From contig OY970067.1 of the NCBI GenBank assembly GCA_963705305.1, positions 832,001-896,000 on the forward strand: 64,000 nt of DNA, read 5' to 3'. Made by a program: the position numbers and the translations under genes. This DNA comes from an uncultured Methylomirabilota bacterium (GTDB taxonomy: Bacteria; Methylomirabilota; Methylomirabilia; Methylomirabilales; 2-02-FULL-66-22). This document shows, piece by piece, positions 19,380 to 27,381 of the stretch; position 1 is the first letter of the stretch, and every line of letters begins with the position of its first letter. The notes beneath the pieces were generated by a model. The model did no database searches, had not been told where the DNA came from, and worked only from the letters and a program-made list of their open reading frames with translations.

Positions 19380-19886
19380 ACCCTGCGGGCGAAGCTCAAG
19401 CTGCGAACGCTCACGGCCGGCACGTACCGCATCGGAATCTGCACGGGTCTGCTGGCCTTCAAGCAATTGCACGTAGGAGCTCGGCAAGCGATGCCACCGC
19501 GCCCCCGCGATTACCAGGTCCCGATACCAATCGTACGGTAGAATGTCGGCGCTGATCGACGTGGCCTTGTAGGTCGTGGCCTCAACCTCGGTGCCGTCAA
19601 TCTCGACAGTGACGGCGGAGCGTTCGTAACCCATCCCCGCGCCTTCAATCCTATCGAGAATTGGGAGCTTCGAGGCATCGAGTTCATATAAGATGCCAAA
19701 GACCTCGCTTCCATCTTTGCGAACGATGTCGCATTTGCCCGAGCCGTCCTCCGACCGCTTGTGCCAACGCAGTACGTACCCGCCCAGTCGGGCGACGCCG
19801 ATCGGGCGAACGCGGCCAACCCGGCATTCCAGGCGCGGCTGCCATAGATTCGAACCGTACGCGAAATAGTGCACCGAAAGGTCCAT
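19374..19886 (-). CDS. Cassette: gamma-glutamylcyclotransferase (AIG2-like) family protein
   Basis: YFAYGSNL, LDRIEG..GY, PYDWYRDLVIAGA. Confidence 0.88.
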   Translation of the reverse strand: MDLSVHYFAYGSNLWQPRLECRVGRVRPIGVARLGGYVLRWHKRSEDGSGKCDIVRKDGSEVFGILYELDASKLPILDRIEGAGMGYERSAVTVEIDGTEVEATTYKATSISADILPYDWYRDLVIAGARWHRLPSSYVQLLEGQQTRADSDAVRAGRERSQLELRPQGV

Positions 19887-19891
19887 GGTGT

Positions 19892-19954
19892 GTCTAACGT
19901 GCTTAATCAGCCGCCGGCCGCTCTTGGCCGGTCGGCTGCATTAAGGGGTTAGAT
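19892..19954 (-). other. attC site
   Basis: GTCTAAC...TTAATCAGCCG...CGGCTGCATTAA...GTTAGAT, 63 bp. Confidence 0.9.
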
Positions 19955-20841
19955 GGCTGTTGCGCGTTCATCCGCGAGGCCAAGAATTCCTCGTGTAGGT
20001 GTACGAGTCGTTGGACGCGCTCATGCAGGTCTGGAAGCTTTTCTGCAACGGCGTTTCCCGCGGGCCCGATAATCTCGGAGAAGAATTCACCAAGGGTGAC
20101 GATCGTTAGATGGGCTACGGTCGTTAGTAACTGGGGACGGGGCGGGTGCCACTCGAAATCCGGTAAGAACCCGTCATCCTCAGCCTCAAGGTGGTACTCA
20201 AGCAAGTCTCGCCAGTTCCCATGAACGGAATGAGACGGACCCGCGAACGCACCTAAGTACGCCTCCTCAAAGCCCACATCCTGCGCCTTCTCAAACAGGT
20301 TTTTTCCTGCCCAGTTCTTCGGCGGATCGATACGATCAAGATCCACGCCGGAATCTTTCGCTGATCTGTCGATAGAGGCCAGCATCCTTTTCTCGATCGG
20401 CCATACTTCACCGCCTCGCGCAGCGATATTCGCGCGAATCCTGTCGCGGAGCCGTTTCTCGTGCCCCATTGAATGTTCAATATAGGACTGTACGATCTCA
20501 GGCCGATCGTTCTTGATGAGGAACATCGTGTTCACGATGCATTCAAAAGCGAGCCGCGCAAAAATGAACGAAGTCTCTCGTCTGTGCTGACACGTTTGGT
20601 CCAGTAAAGCCGAAATAAGCTTGTATAAGCGGACCAGATGCCCTACCAGAACGGCCTCGTGTCGATTCCAAACCTTCCGTGCCGGCGGGACGATATTCGC
20701 GGCGATGCACACATATGAGCCTGCCTCAATCAAGAGCTCGACACTTAGGCCGATGTACTCGTGCTCGCTCTTGAAGGTGCGAACGACAGACGGGTCCACT
20801 TCGACCTTTTTGACCGCCGGTACGTTGCTAGAAACGGTCAT
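19903..20841 (-). CDS. Cassette: helical hypothetical protein (DUF5677-like)
   Basis: ARLAFE and SHSVHG motifs; ORF reads into its own attC. Confidence 0.65.
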   Translation of the reverse strand: MTVSSNVPAVKKVEVDPSVVRTFKSEHEYIGLSVELLIEAGSYVCIAANIVPPARKVWNRHEAVLVGHLVRLYKLISALLDQTCQHRRETSFIFARLAFECIVNTMFLIKNDRPEIVQSYIEHSMGHEKRLRDRIRANIAARGGEVWPIEKRMLASIDRSAKDSGVDLDRIDPPKNWAGKNLFEKAQDVGFEEAYLGAFAGPSHSVHGNWRDLLEYHLEAEDDGFLPDFEWHPPRPQLLTTVAHLTIVTLGEFFSEIIGPAGNAVAEKLPDLHERVQRLVHLHEEFLASRMNAQQPSNPLMQPTGQERPAAD

Positions 20842-20864
20842 GTTGCAGAGCCTGAATCACAGCC

Positions 20865-20927
20865 ATCTAACGGGAAGTTGAGCGGGAGCCCGCAGTATGG
20901 GCGATCCGCTCCAACACCTAGTTCGGC
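20865..20927 (-). other. attC site (first cassette)
   Basis: ATCTAAC...GTTGAGCGG...CCGCTCCAAC...GTTCGGC, 63 bp; extra unpaired base in the L'' arm fixes the orientation to the minus strand. Confidence 0.9.
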
Positions 20928-20929
20928 AA

Positions 20930-21241
20930 TCATCTTTTCTTGATCTCTTCCGAGGACGGAAAATCCTGGTATCCGGCGTACATCGCGTAGCCGACATAAT
21001 CCACGTATGGGACGAAGCCAACCCGATTGGCGTACGAGGAGAATCGACCTTTCCGCCATGACTTCTTGCTTAAGCACGTGATCAGCCGATTGTCACTCTT
21101 GATCTCGCCCAAGTACCATCCATCAGGTCCATAGACCTCGTCATCATGAAAATGGCCGACATGCTGACCGTCGTGGGTCCAGAGTTCGTCCCCGTCACGA
21201 TGGCCAAAGAAGGTGCCACCCCATGTCCACAGATGTTTCAT
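20930..21241 (-). CDS. First cassette: small beta-hairpin repeat protein (beta-flower-like)
   Basis: Repeats LWTWGGTFFG / LWTHDGQHVG / VYGPDGWYLG; RBS GAGGAG. Confidence 0.7.
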   Translation of the reverse strand: MKHLWTWGGTFFGHRDGDELWTHDGQHVGHFHDDEVYGPDGWYLGEIKSDNRLITCLSKKSWRKGRFSSYANRVGFVPYVDYVGYAMYAGYQDFPSSEEIKKR

Positions 21242-21259
21242 GTCGTCTCATCTCCTCTT

Positions 21260-21411
21260 GCCGAACAATGAGTAGGCTGTTTCAGCCTAGCACCCCAAAT
21301 GTGACTGCCTGTCAGCCTAGCGCCCCCAGGCCACATTGCCGCGACACCTGCCGTAGCGGACAGTTAGCATACGGGACTGGGGCGGGGATAATTATAGGCT
21401 GTTTCAGCCTA
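21260..21411 (-). other. Putative attI region
   Basis: Core GTTCGGC (21266-21260) is complementary to the first cassette's R'' GCCGAAC and has no attC hairpin; two copies of the 17-bp palindrome TAGGCTGTTTCAGCCTA (21273-21289, 21395-21411). Confidence 0.75.
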
Positions 21412-22590
21412 AACTGCCGGCTCAACCCCTGCAGGGCATCCATAAGGCTCCGGACCCCCAGCCCGCCCCGGTTGAGCACATGGGTGTAGATCATGGTCGT
21501 CTTGACATCCTTGTGGCCGAGGAGTTCCTGCACGGTCCGGAGGCCGGATCCCGCTTCCAGCAGGTGCGTGGCAAAGCAGTGCCGGAACGTGTGGCAGGTG
21601 GCACGCGCTGGACTCCCGGTCTTGCGCACCGCGGTCTGCACGGCCCGCTGGACGAGGGATTCATCGACATGATGGCGGCCCTGCTGGCCGGTGGCCGGAT
21701 TCCTCCAGTGCTGCTCCTGGGGAAAGACCCACTGCCAGCCCCACGTGGCAGTCGCATTCGGGTACTTCCGCGCCAAGGCGTAGGGCATGGCCACGCGCCC
21801 ATATCCCTCGGCGAGATCTCGCTGATGGATCTGGCGCACACGAGCGAGATGTTCCTGGAGCGGAGCCTTCAGGGCCTCGGGCAGCACCGTGCGCCGGTCC
21901 TGGAGCTCCTTTCCATCGCGGACCGTGATCTGACCGGCGGCGAGGTCGACCTCCTGCACCCGCAGGCGGAGTCACTCCAGCAGGCGGAGCCCCGCGCCGT
22001 AGGTGAGGCTGGCCATGAGCCACTTGTCGCCGGTCAGGTTCCCAAGGATGGCTTTCACTTCCGCGCGGGTGAGCACCACGGGGAGGGCGCTTCGGGCTCC
22101 GCGCCCGAACGACGTCCCCCAGGTTCCCGATCGGTCGGCCGAGAACATGGCGGTAGAGGAAGAGCAGCGCGCTGAGGGCCTGGTTCTGCGTCGAGGCGCT
22201 CACCTGCTCCTGTACGGCCAGATGCGTCAGGAAGGCGTTGATCTCGGGTTTGGCCATCTCGGCCGGGTGGCGGACATGGTGGAAGAAGATGAACCGCTTC
22301 ACCCAGTGGCAGTCGCTCTGCTCGGTCCGCGGGCTGTAGTGGCGGGCGCGCAGGGCCTCGCGCAGGCGGTCGAGGAGCTTGGGCTGACGACTGGGCGGGG
22401 GGGCACCGACAGGGGCGAGAACGAGCGGCGAGACGGTTACACCGGACGTCGAGAACACCCCTGAGGCTCGGGACGGCACTGCGGGCACGAGGCCAGAGGG
22501 GGGAGGGGGCTGCATGTGGGCTGGTGAGGGCGGGCGAACCGCGCCAGTGGCTCGATTCCGGTCCAGAACGCTGTCCTTGACCGCCGCCAT
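21312..22590 (-). pseudogene. intI: Integron integrase, inactivated
   Basis: [36 protein letters not shown], integron-specific [17 protein letters not shown]...RHH insert, [33 protein letters not shown]; +1 frameshift at 22085-22087 and in-frame TGA at 21972-21974. Confidence 0.93.
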
Positions 22591-22634
22591 CTGGCCTCCT
22601 CCATCGGGCGTCCCGGGGAGGTGTACTGGCCAGG

Positions 22635-22664
22635 AGCGTACCTCCAACGCGGGCCAGCTGTCAA
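22635..22664 (-). promoter_or_regulatory. Putative sigma70 promoter of intI
   Basis: TTGACA-18 bp-TACGCT upstream of GGAGGAGG RBS and ATG at 22590. Confidence 0.5.
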
Positions 22665-22704
22665 GGTACAGAGCGACAAAGGATTGATCGAAGTATTGAT
22701 CTCG

Positions 22705-23004
22705 TCAGGTGGCGCTTTCAGGGTCGACGTTCTCGGTGGGCTTGGGTTCGGAGTCGGTGGCGGTCCTCGCACCGGAATTCGTCTTCCGCTCGACCGGGAC
22801 AGGCGCAGGGAGTGCCCGGGCTGCCAGTGCCTCAAACCGCGCCTCCTGCTCCTGGGCCAACGCCATCGTCCCGGCGATCTTCGCGTACACATCCACCGTC
22901 AACCCGATGGTGCTGTGGCCCGCCCGTTCCTGGGTGAGCTTGGGGTGGGTGCCCGCTTCGACATGGATACTGAAGCTCCGGTTAAAATCATGCTGCCGGA
23001 CCCC
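22705..23004 (-). pseudogene. C-terminal remnant of a tyrosine integrase, paralog of 25173-26702
   Basis: Translates GVRQHDFNRSFSIHVEAGTHPKLTQERAGHSTIGLTVDVYAKIAGTMALAQEQEARF, closely matching the C-terminus of the intact integrase. Confidence 0.9.
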
Positions 23005-23255
23005 CTATAACTGGCCTGCCCTCCGAACATTGGTCCAGTGGTAAAGTGGTGCTGTCAGAGCCTAAGCAAGGCGCAACGCGACTGCCTGTCTAGTGGCAGG
23101 ATCGAGAATATTATGCAGCATGTCCCTGAATTGGGTTCGCGTTAACCCAATTTTCAGATTCCCGTTGAGGCCCTCTACGTCATGAACGCGATTTTTGGCG
23201 CCAACCAAATATGCTCTGTCGGCTCTGCAACGAGCTATTCTTGATCAATCAAGAT

Positions 23256-24305
23256 CTAGCCCAACCACCCTTTCTCGTTGAGCGTTCGCCAGGCGAGCCG
23301 AATATGTTCGGGTCTCATCATGCGCCGTTTCCGCTCGTTCCAGGACTGTACTGCATGCACAGTATCTTCGGCATTTCTCGCCGCCTTATCGTGCCTTACG
23401 ATCCAGTGGACTGTTGCGAGAAGCTCCATTCCATAGGGTGACTCGAAACCTTCGATGAGATCTGTAACCCGCTGCATTCGGCCTTGGCTCTCCTTATAGC
23501 CTCCTTCACGCTTTTCAAGGAAAGCTTTGGCCTCTTCTGCGGTTTGCGGCAGCAATTGAATTCGAGTGTCTGGTTTATTCCTTCCATCACCGAAGCCCGA
23601 CGTGTAGTGCCCCTCAAAAAGATTCAACACATGGCGCAGGTTATCGGCATACGGGCCGTAAGTTCCCTTCTTAAATTCAAGTTTGAGCGGCTCACCTGCC
23701 TCCTGAAGAAAGTACAACAGCTTATGCACTTCTAGCAGCGTAAGTTCATAGCCCAGCACGCAATACTGAGCAAGGACAGTCAAGACACTTGCACGGCTTG
23801 GAGTCATATGTGGCCGTTCCGTCCGGTTCAACATTCGTGCAGCTTCAGGAGGAGACTGAGGCGGGTAGACGAACGCCTGAATTCCAGGAAGAGCCATGAG
23901 CGCCTTGTCAATTAGCGGGAACACATTCTCCCATTGCAGACCCCCATGCCCACAGCCCAATGGTGGTAGTGCAAGGGATCGAATATTACGGCGGCGAACT
24001 TCTTCAACCAAAGCATTCAACCCAATTTGAATATCAACTAAGCGCGAACGGCCTTTCCAATGCTTTTTGGTTGGAAAATTAATAATGTATCGAGGATTAG
24101 TAAGGGTGCGGCGCTCGAAGACATGCATCTGCCCTAACTTAACGTCACCGGCCTTACAAGCCGCCTTATACGCAGCAAACATGTCCGGGAATGCCTTCTT
24201 GAACTGAAGTGCTACGCCTTTCCCCATCACACCTTCAGTGTTGACGGTATTCACGAGAGCCTCGGCGTCTGCCTCCAGCAAATTGCCTTTCTTTAGTTCA
24301 ATCAT
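23256..24305 (-). CDS. darG: DarG macrodomain antitoxin (DNA ADP-ribosyl hydrolase)
   Basis: [79 protein letters not shown]. Confidence 0.93.
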   Translation of the reverse strand: MIELKKGNLLEADAEALVNTVNTEGVMGKGVALQFKKAFPDMFAAYKAACKAGDVKLGQMHVFERRTLTNPRYIINFPTKKHWKGRSRLVDIQIGLNALVEEVRRRNIRSLALPPLGCGHGGLQWENVFPLIDKALMALPGIQAFVYPPQSPPEAARMLNRTERPHMTPSRASVLTVLAQYCVLGYELTLLEVHKLLYFLQEAGEPLKLEFKKGTYGPYADNLRHVLNLFEGHYTSGFGDGRNKPDTRIQLLPQTAEEAKAFLEKREGGYKESQGRMQRVTDLIEGFESPYGMELLATVHWIVRHDKAARNAEDTVHAVQSWNERKRRMMRPEHIRLAWRTLNEKGWLG

Positions 24306-24317
24306 CGAAATCCCCCA

Positions 24318-24941
24318 TCAGTAGTACCAATCTGCCTTGACCGCCACAGGGGGGCAATACTGCTTTGTTTGCAGCATGCTGAGGACTTTTGCTTTCGCAT
24401 TGGTATTTAGCACGCCAATCCCTTGTACCCATTGCCAAGGGAAAAACTTATATACCAAGAATTCGGCTTGCTTTCGACGTTTGCGATCAATGTCGCCAGG
24501 ACGATCATGCCAGCTATTACTCTTGATTACATTCCAGTCCACATGGTTCAAATCCTCTACTTTCTCAAAAAAGTCTGTCATAGCTTGAACGGCGTGACCG
24601 TCAGTAAAGCACCACGCATCGGTTTGCTTGGCCACAGTCTCGACAGAAGAGGTCAGATGAATGACCTGTTCCTGCCCGCCAATGTATCCTTCTACGTAGC
24701 CAGTGTGAATTGCATAGAGCATGGGGCAGCGATTGGTGAAGTAGAAGGGAACGTAATCTGCCACCACCCCTCCCGGCGCGACCGGCACTTGCTTCTTCGC
24801 TCTCCTCTCTTTGATATGCGAATGGGCAATGCAGACGGGAGAGTTCCCTGCCGCCGCCATGATAGAATCGCATGCCAAGCCACCTGCTTTCAAGATGCTC
24901 GGCAGATTCTCTACATGAGTGATGTGGTAGATGGGCGGCAT
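24318..24941 (-). CDS. darT: DarT ssDNA ADP-ribosyltransferase toxin (DUF4433)
   Basis: IYHITHVENLPSIL, YVPFYF..PMLY, FTDGHA, RRKQAEFLV (catalytic Glu). Confidence 0.93.
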   Translation of the reverse strand: MPPIYHITHVENLPSILKAGGLACDSIMAAAGNSPVCIAHSHIKERRAKKQVPVAPGGVVADYVPFYFTNRCPMLYAIHTGYVEGYIGGQEQVIHLTSSVETVAKQTDAWCFTDGHAVQAMTDFFEKVEDLNHVDWNVIKSNSWHDRPGDIDRKRRKQAEFLVYKFFPWQWVQGIGVLNTNAKAKVLSMLQTKQYCPPVAVKADWYY

Positions 24942-25086
24942 AGCCGACCGCAGAGCTGAAAAACATCAGACATCGGAATGAGACTCGTCGGCAGCAAGTC
25001 GCTGCCATACAACCGGAACGATCGGGGGAGCCCCGTGCATTCATAGAGGCAGAGCGTCTCCTGTTTGGGGCAGTTCCGTATCTGTG

Positions 25087-25116
25087 ATGTTACCCCAGAC
25101 AGGTTAGATGTGTCAA
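25087..25116 (-). promoter_or_regulatory. Putative sigma70 promoter of darTG
   Basis: TTGACA-18 bp-TAACAT. Confidence 0.5.
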
Positions 25117-25128
25117 GCATCCTTTGAG

Positions 25129-25141
25129 AATCAATGTCTTA
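25129..25141 (+). promoter_or_regulatory. IHF consensus-like site
   Basis: AATCAATGTCTTA matches WATCARNNNNTTR, about 30 bp beyond the integrase stop. Confidence 0.4.
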
Positions 25142-25172
25142 CCTCTGTTCTTGTCTCTCGTTACAGCACTTT

Positions 25173-26702
25173 TTAACGATCGGCATCCTTGGTGAGTTCG
25201 GCGTCGGGCCCTGCGGCGGTGTTCGTGCGGGAATTCGTCCCCGGCTTGGCCGGGACAAACGCTGGGAGCGCCCTGGCTGCCAGCGCGTCTAATCGCGCCT
25301 CCTGCTCTTGCGCCAACGCCATCGTCCCGGCGATCTTCGCGTATACATCCATCGTCAGCCTGATGCTGCTATGGCCCACACGCTCCTGCACGAGCTTGGG
25401 GTGGGTGCCTGCTTCCACATGGAAGGCGATGAAGCTTCGCCGAAAGTCATGCTGGCGGATCCCAGTGATCCCCAGCGCCCGCAACGCCGGGGCGAAGTGC
25501 CGGCGGCGGATGTTCTTTGGGTACAATGGAGTGCCTGTCTGGCTGGGGAACACCAGGTCAAGCGGGTTGGGTCCACGCAGATCTTCGAGGTGCGCGACCA
25601 GGAACGGGACCAAGGGGCCCCGGATCTCCACCACGCGTCTGCCGGCCCGCGACTTGGGCTCCGCGAGCTTCCAGCGCGGCTCCCCCGGCGGGCAGTCCTT
25701 CTTCGAACGCCAGATGACCTGCCGTTGGATGAAGACGCGGCATCGCTCGAGGTCGAGGTCTGCCCGCTGCAGTCCCGTGACCTCCCCGATCCGCAACCCG
25801 CAGAATGCCATCACGAGGAAGAGCACGCCGTAAAATGACCCGACCGCCTCGCAGCACTGCTTCAGCTGGTCGACACCGAGGTAGTGCAACTCTCGCTCGG
25901 GGACGTCAAAACGTCGGACCCGTTCCAGCGGGTTCACGAAGAGGTACCCCTTGGCCCGGGCATCCTCTAGGATCGTGTGCAGCACCCCCCGGACGATCTG
26001 CACGCTTCGGCGTCCCGGCTTGCCCCGGGACAGGAGGTCCGCCTGCCACCGCTCGATGCGGTCCGGCTTGAGGCTCTGGATGGGCGTCCGATTGAACGCG
26101 GGGATCAGGTAGCCGTTCACGGCCCACTCGTGCAAGGCGTGCGTGCTCGGGCTGACGGTCGGCTGGGTGCGCGCCAGCCAATCCGTCGCGTAGGGCTTGA
26201 ACGGCTTCGGGCGCGGGTCCACGTAGGTCCCCTGCCGGAGCTCCGTGCTCACGGTATCGCGGAACGCCTTCGCCTCCCGCTTGGTGGCGAAGTATTTCCA
26301 GCGCTGCTTCTTGGATTCTGGCTCGCGCCAAGCGACCCCGAACGGCTTGCGCCGGCCGGGGAACTTCCGGATGCTGGCGATGGTCGCTCTCCTTCCCGCG
26401 GCCGGCTGGATGGTCGGCCAGCGGGTGGGATGGTGGGGCCTCGGGGTGTTTGCTGGCGTTTGCCGGGCCCCGTGAAGCTGTTGGTATTGCGCCCCGATCG
26501 GGGTGTCCCCCTGCTGCGGGGGCAAGGGGTCCGCGGGCCGCCCATTCCCGCTGGCCCAGGATTGCAGCTCCGACAGTCGGAAGCGCCTGAACGGGCCAAT
26601 CTTGTACGAAGGCACCTTGTTCAGACGAACCATCTCGTACAACCAACTCCCCTTCACGCCCAGGTGGGCAGCCGCCTCTCGGATCGCAACGAATGGTTCC
26701 AC
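25173..26702 (-). CDS. Phage-type tyrosine integrase with in-frame N-terminal excisionase-like HTH
   Basis: IREAAAHLGV..WLYEMVR..VPSYKIG..RFRLSEL; arm-binding and SAM-like regions; GLRIGE, EPKSRAG, HDFRRS, ERVGHSS..TMDVY catalytic motifs. Confidence 0.9.
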   Translation of the reverse strand: MEPFVAIREAAAHLGVKGSWLYEMVRLNKVPSYKIGPFRRFRLSELQSWASGNGRPADPLPPQQGDTPIGAQYQQLHGARQTPANTPRPHHPTRWPTIQPAAGRRATIASIRKFPGRRKPFGVAWREPESKKQRWKYFATKREAKAFRDTVSTELRQGTYVDPRPKPFKPYATDWLARTQPTVSPSTHALHEWAVNGYLIPAFNRTPIQSLKPDRIERWQADLLSRGKPGRRSVQIVRGVLHTILEDARAKGYLFVNPLERVRRFDVPERELHYLGVDQLKQCCEAVGSFYGVLFLVMAFCGLRIGEVTGLQRADLDLERCRVFIQRQVIWRSKKDCPPGEPRWKLAEPKSRAGRRVVEIRGPLVPFLVAHLEDLRGPNPLDLVFPSQTGTPLYPKNIRRRHFAPALRALGITGIRQHDFRRSFIAFHVEAGTHPKLVQERVGHSSIRLTMDVYAKIAGTMALAQEQEARLDALAARALPAFVPAKPGTNSRTNTAAGPDAELTKDADR

Positions 26703-26884
26703 GTCCGTTAACCTCCTCGTACAGCCCCGTCCCCATGCCCGCGTACGGGAGTGAGTGTCCCGTGTGCGTTCCCTGGAGCTATGTTCGTGTTATGCCTAAA
26801 GTCTGTCCGGTCCCGTTGGTGGGAATCCCAACGGTTGTGCTCGAAAAGAACAGCTTCCCTGTCGGTTCACCGCCAGGCGACTGT

Positions 26885-27205
26885 TCACGCTGATAGCCGC
26901 ATCGGCTTCGGAAAGGTCCCGCGGCGACCGCCCGCCCACCCGGTGCTTTTGGAGACCGGGATGACCGCGAGGACCTGCCGGAGTCGCAGAAGCGCGTTTT
27001 GGATCCCCACACCTTGCGAAGGTGGACCAAGATCCTGCGAGCACCCGTGACCCCCTTCCACCCCCGGGCGTCGCGCATCGGAACACGGCGGGATCGGGCG
27101 GGCGTTGTCCACCGCCATGAACTCATTGGCCAGGCTTCGCACGGCCGCGAGGCAGGTCTCGCGGGTCCGCTCGACCATCCCCCGGACGAGCATGTCGTTG
27201 TCCAT
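26885..27205 (-). CDS. Hypothetical protein
   Basis: ORF MDNDMLVRGMVERTRE... upstream of xis-int; no recognised motif. Confidence 0.3.
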   Translation of the reverse strand: MDNDMLVRGMVERTRETCLAAVRSLANEFMAVDNARPIPPCSDARRPGVEGGHGCSQDLGPPSQGVGIQNALLRLRQVLAVIPVSKSTGWAGGRRGTFPKPMRLSA

Positions 27206-27381
27206 ACGTCCTAGGGGACGTAGTATCTTTAATTGCTTTATTTGGTCCGGGCGCTCCAACACACTTCATGGGCGCGACCAATGACGTTTCCGAGCGATCA
27301 ACGAATGTTGGGCTCCGGGTGTCAAACCGCGGAGGCGGGAGGACAGGCACGAGCCCGCCTGAAACATCAGGCGAGGGACGG

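Larger units (their letters stand above)
11444..21266 (-). mobile_element. Integron gene-cassette array (about 13 cassettes)
   Basis: Co-oriented single ORFs separated by 58-111 bp imperfect palindromes bounded by RYYYAAC...GTTRRRY; each cassette's leading GTT core usually matches its own trailing AAC core. Confidence 0.93.
11230..27300. mobile_element. Genomic island (integron + darTG + tyrosine integrase); right boundary approximate
   Basis: tRNA 3' fragment at left edge, visibly lower GC, cassette array, TA system, phage-type integrase; host-like genes resume at 27382. Confidence 0.75.

Noticed and set aside
11444..21266. Regularly recurring palindromes as a CRISPR array
   Set aside because: Repeats differ in sequence and length and are separated by whole genes; these are attC sites, and no cas genes are present
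21972..21974. TGA at a Cys position in intI as possible selenocysteine
   Set aside because: The gene also has a frameshift and degenerate motifs; a nonsense mutation is simpler
22658..22671. CTGT...ACAG upstream of intI as a LexA box
   Set aside because: Spacer is 6 bp rather than the 8 bp of the CTGT-N8-ACAG consensus
23020..23250. Hairpins downstream of darG as an attC
   Set aside because: No paired R boxes; more likely terminator-like structures, so darTG is not called a cassette
24151..24162. CCTTACAAGC match to the tRNA-Val fragment
   Set aside because: Only 10 bp, in the opposite orientation and inside darG coding sequence; chance
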